A stretch of DNA of 17,913 nucleotides from Candidatus Micrarchaeaceae archaeon (GTDB taxonomy: Archaea > Micrarchaeota > Micrarchaeia > Micrarchaeales > CABMGC01). A program made the position numbers and the translations under genes. Shown here piece after piece: positions 16,385-17,913 of the stretch. A model generated the notes under the pieces. It was not told the origin of the DNA. It was given only the letters and a program-made list of their open reading frames with translations, and made no database searches. Each line of letters begins with the position of its first letter. The stretch's first letter is position 1. The stretch is from NCBI GenBank assembly GCA_038877255.1, contig JAVYWZ010000014.1, positions 1 to 17,913 on the forward strand, written 5' to 3'.

Positions 16385-17074
16385 ATGGACTCGCTTGAAG
16401 AGCGCATCTCCGGGGAAATAACCATGAGCGACAGCCCCGGAACTACAATGAAGAAATGGCGCGAAATATTTGGCATATCGCAGGTCGAGCTTGCAAAGCA
16501 CTTGAAGATATCAGCATCTACAATAAGCGACTACGAAGGCAATAGGCGTTCTAGCCCTGGCGTAAGCGTCATAAAGAGATTAGTCAAAGCTCTTGTTGAA
16601 ATGGACTATGAGCGCGGCGGCTCTGTAGCAAGGAATCTTGAGAAGCTAAGGCCTAAGGAAGAAGAAACAAGCATGTACTTCATACACGATTTTTCTGCGC
16701 CCATAAGCGGCGTTGACTTCGCGCGCCAAATAGACGCAAAGGTAATATCAAATCCCAATTATCTTGACGACATGAAGCTTTTCGGATATACATTGCTAGA
16801 CAGCCTGAAGGTGATACTCGAAATCTCGCCCAGCGAATATCCAAGGCTTTTCGGCTCGACCACAGATAGAGCATTCATCTTCAACGAAGTAAGCACTGGC
16901 CGTTCGCCTATGGTAGTAGTACGCGTAGCGCCGATAAAGCCCAAGGTTGTTGTAATAATGAATCTCGATACTGTAGACAAGCTTGCAATAAAAATCTCAC
17001 AGATAGAGCATGTGCCACTACTGACCACGAAGCTCACAATCGATGACATAAAGCTTAGGCTAAGCAATATCTAA
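16385..17074 (+). CDS. XRE-type HTH transcriptional regulator, conserved archaeal family (COG1709-like)
   Basis: ISGEITMSDSPGTTMKKWREIFGISQVELAKHLKISASTISDYEGNRRSSPG; GYTLLDSLK; FGSTTDRAFIFNEVSTGRSPMVVVRV. Confidence 0.92.
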   Translation: MDSLEERISGEITMSDSPGTTMKKWREIFGISQVELAKHLKISASTISDYEGNRRSSPGVSVIKRLVKALVEMDYERGGSVARNLEKLRPKEEETSMYFIHDFSAPISGVDFARQIDAKVISNPNYLDDMKLFGYTLLDSLKVILEISPSEYPRLFGSTTDRAFIFNEVSTGRSPMVVVRVAPIKPKVVVIMNLDTVDKLAIKISQIEHVPLLTTKLTIDDIKLRLSNI

Positions 17075-17111
17075 TTTGCCTGCGGCTCGACGACACCGCT
17101 CTCTTTTTCAT

Positions 17112-17127
17112 GAGAAACATTTATATA
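17112..17127 (+). promoter_or_regulatory. BRE/TATA promoter for the small acidic ORF
   Basis: GAGAAACA-TTTATATA ending ~32 nt upstream of ATG 17160. Confidence 0.6.
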
Positions 17128-17159
17128 CTTTTGTTAATCAAAAAGGAGTAGATGGTTCT

Positions 17160-17291
17160 ATGGTAGTATATCTCGCGCAAGACGAAGACGAAGGCAACGA
17201 CGATAAAAACGGAGAGGAAGATGAAGAAGAGGAGGATTGGGACGAGGATAACGAAGACGACGGCGAAGATGAAGAAGGCGACGACTACTAA
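17160..17291 (+). CDS. small extremely acidic protein (43 aa)
   Basis: MVVYLAQDEDEGNDDKNGEEDEEEEDWDEDNEDDGEDEEGDDY; own TATA box, GGAG upstream, T-rich tract after the stop. Confidence 0.7.
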   Translation: MVVYLAQDEDEGNDDKNGEEDEEEEDWDEDNEDDGEDEEGDDY

Positions 17292-17312
17292 TTGTTTTTA
17301 TTTTGTATTTTC
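17292..17312 (+). terminator. T-rich archaeal terminator-like tract
   Basis: TTGTTTTTATTTTGTATTTT immediately after TAA 17291. Confidence 0.5.
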
Positions 17313-17409
17313 ACTTGATGTTAAATAATTATTTGCGTTTTTCTCGCATTTTTCTACTTACTGAGTAGTGCTCCAGGTATTCTGTGCCTTTTTATTGGCA
17401 ACAGTGGAG

Positions 17410-17913
17410 CTACTCTTTCTTTTTAACAATAGTTGGGGCTTTGGGGGCTTTATTTTCCTCAATAATTGGGATGCTTTCCTCTTCTGTTATTCTAACCTGC
17501 TTTCTCTTTGACATTTCTTTTATGTATTGATCGTATAGCGCAGCGCCCCTGCCTTCTGGCCCGCCTTTAACAGCTGCAGCTATTATATTCATTAATCTGG
17601 GGGATTGGTTCCATTCCTCTTTAAGATTTGCAACCTGCTTCTTTGCTTCATCACTGTTTAATGTCAATGCTGCTCCTACGCCTAATGCTGCGTATTTTAT
17701 CATGTTTGTTTGGCTTGAATAGCCATGGGTTCTGTCATAAAATCTACTTACTGCAGTTTCCACAGGCACGCCATTGTTGATGTCTTCATTGAGCTTTTTC
17801 CCTGCATCTTCAATTCTTTCTAATTTTTGTACTTCGGCTTGAAGCCCATTTACTTTTTCGGTTGCTTCTTTTACTTTTTTATAATCTTTTAAACTAAAGT
17901 TTTTGGTATTGGC
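17410..17913 (-). CDS. hypothetical protein, C-terminal part (enters from right edge), coiled-coil rich
   Basis: Frame is open from 17913 to the stop at 17410 (ANTKNFSLKDYKKVKEATEKVNGLQAEVQKLERIEDAGKKLNEDINNGVPVETAV...), so the listed GTG 17769 is internal. Confidence 0.75.
   Translation of the reverse strand, partial: ANTKNFSLKDYKKVKEATEKVNGLQAEVQKLERIEDAGKKLNEDINNGVPVETAVSRFYDRTHGYSSQTNMIKYAALGVGAALTLNSDEAKKQVANLKEEWNQSPRLMNIIAAAVKGGPEGRGAALYDQYIKEMSKRKQVRITEEESIPIIEENKAPKAPTIVKKKE

Noticed and set aside
17076..17159. TTG-started N-terminal extension of the acidic ORF
   Set aside because: It spans the T-tract and TATA box; ATG 17160 fits the promoter better.

Overview
Archaeal chromosomal window, most likely DPANN/Micrarchaeota-like. 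This is inferred from the archaeal gene set (KaiC-like ATPase, NAC, DUF424, GGGP synthase, RNase Z, COG1709-like regulator), the CCA-less tRNAs, a bulge-helix-bulge intron at a non-canonical site, and a Cys-repeat surface protein. It is mostly dense housekeeping sequence: a Cys-rich surface protein, KaiC-like ATPase, membrane protein, NAC, DUF424, a cellulose-synthase-like GT2, tRNA-Ser(CGA) with a 13-nt intron at 30/31, an aminotransferase-PEPCK pair, a clan-A glycoside hydrolase coupled to truD, and a long + strand run (degenerate proline dehydrogenase-like, NAD epimerase, GGGP synthase, N-terminal-only Rqc2/NFACT, RNase Z) followed by tRNA-Val(GAC) and tRNA-Ala(TGC). After tRNA-Ala lies a small accessory patch: hairpins, an orphan 143-aa ORF, and an IS200/IS605-type right end (omegaRNA-like 3' end ending in TCAC) with no tnpB/tnpA. 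An HTH regulator, a tiny extremely acidic ORF with its own TATA box, and a partial hypothetical gene close the window. All calls were made by eye; no searches were run.
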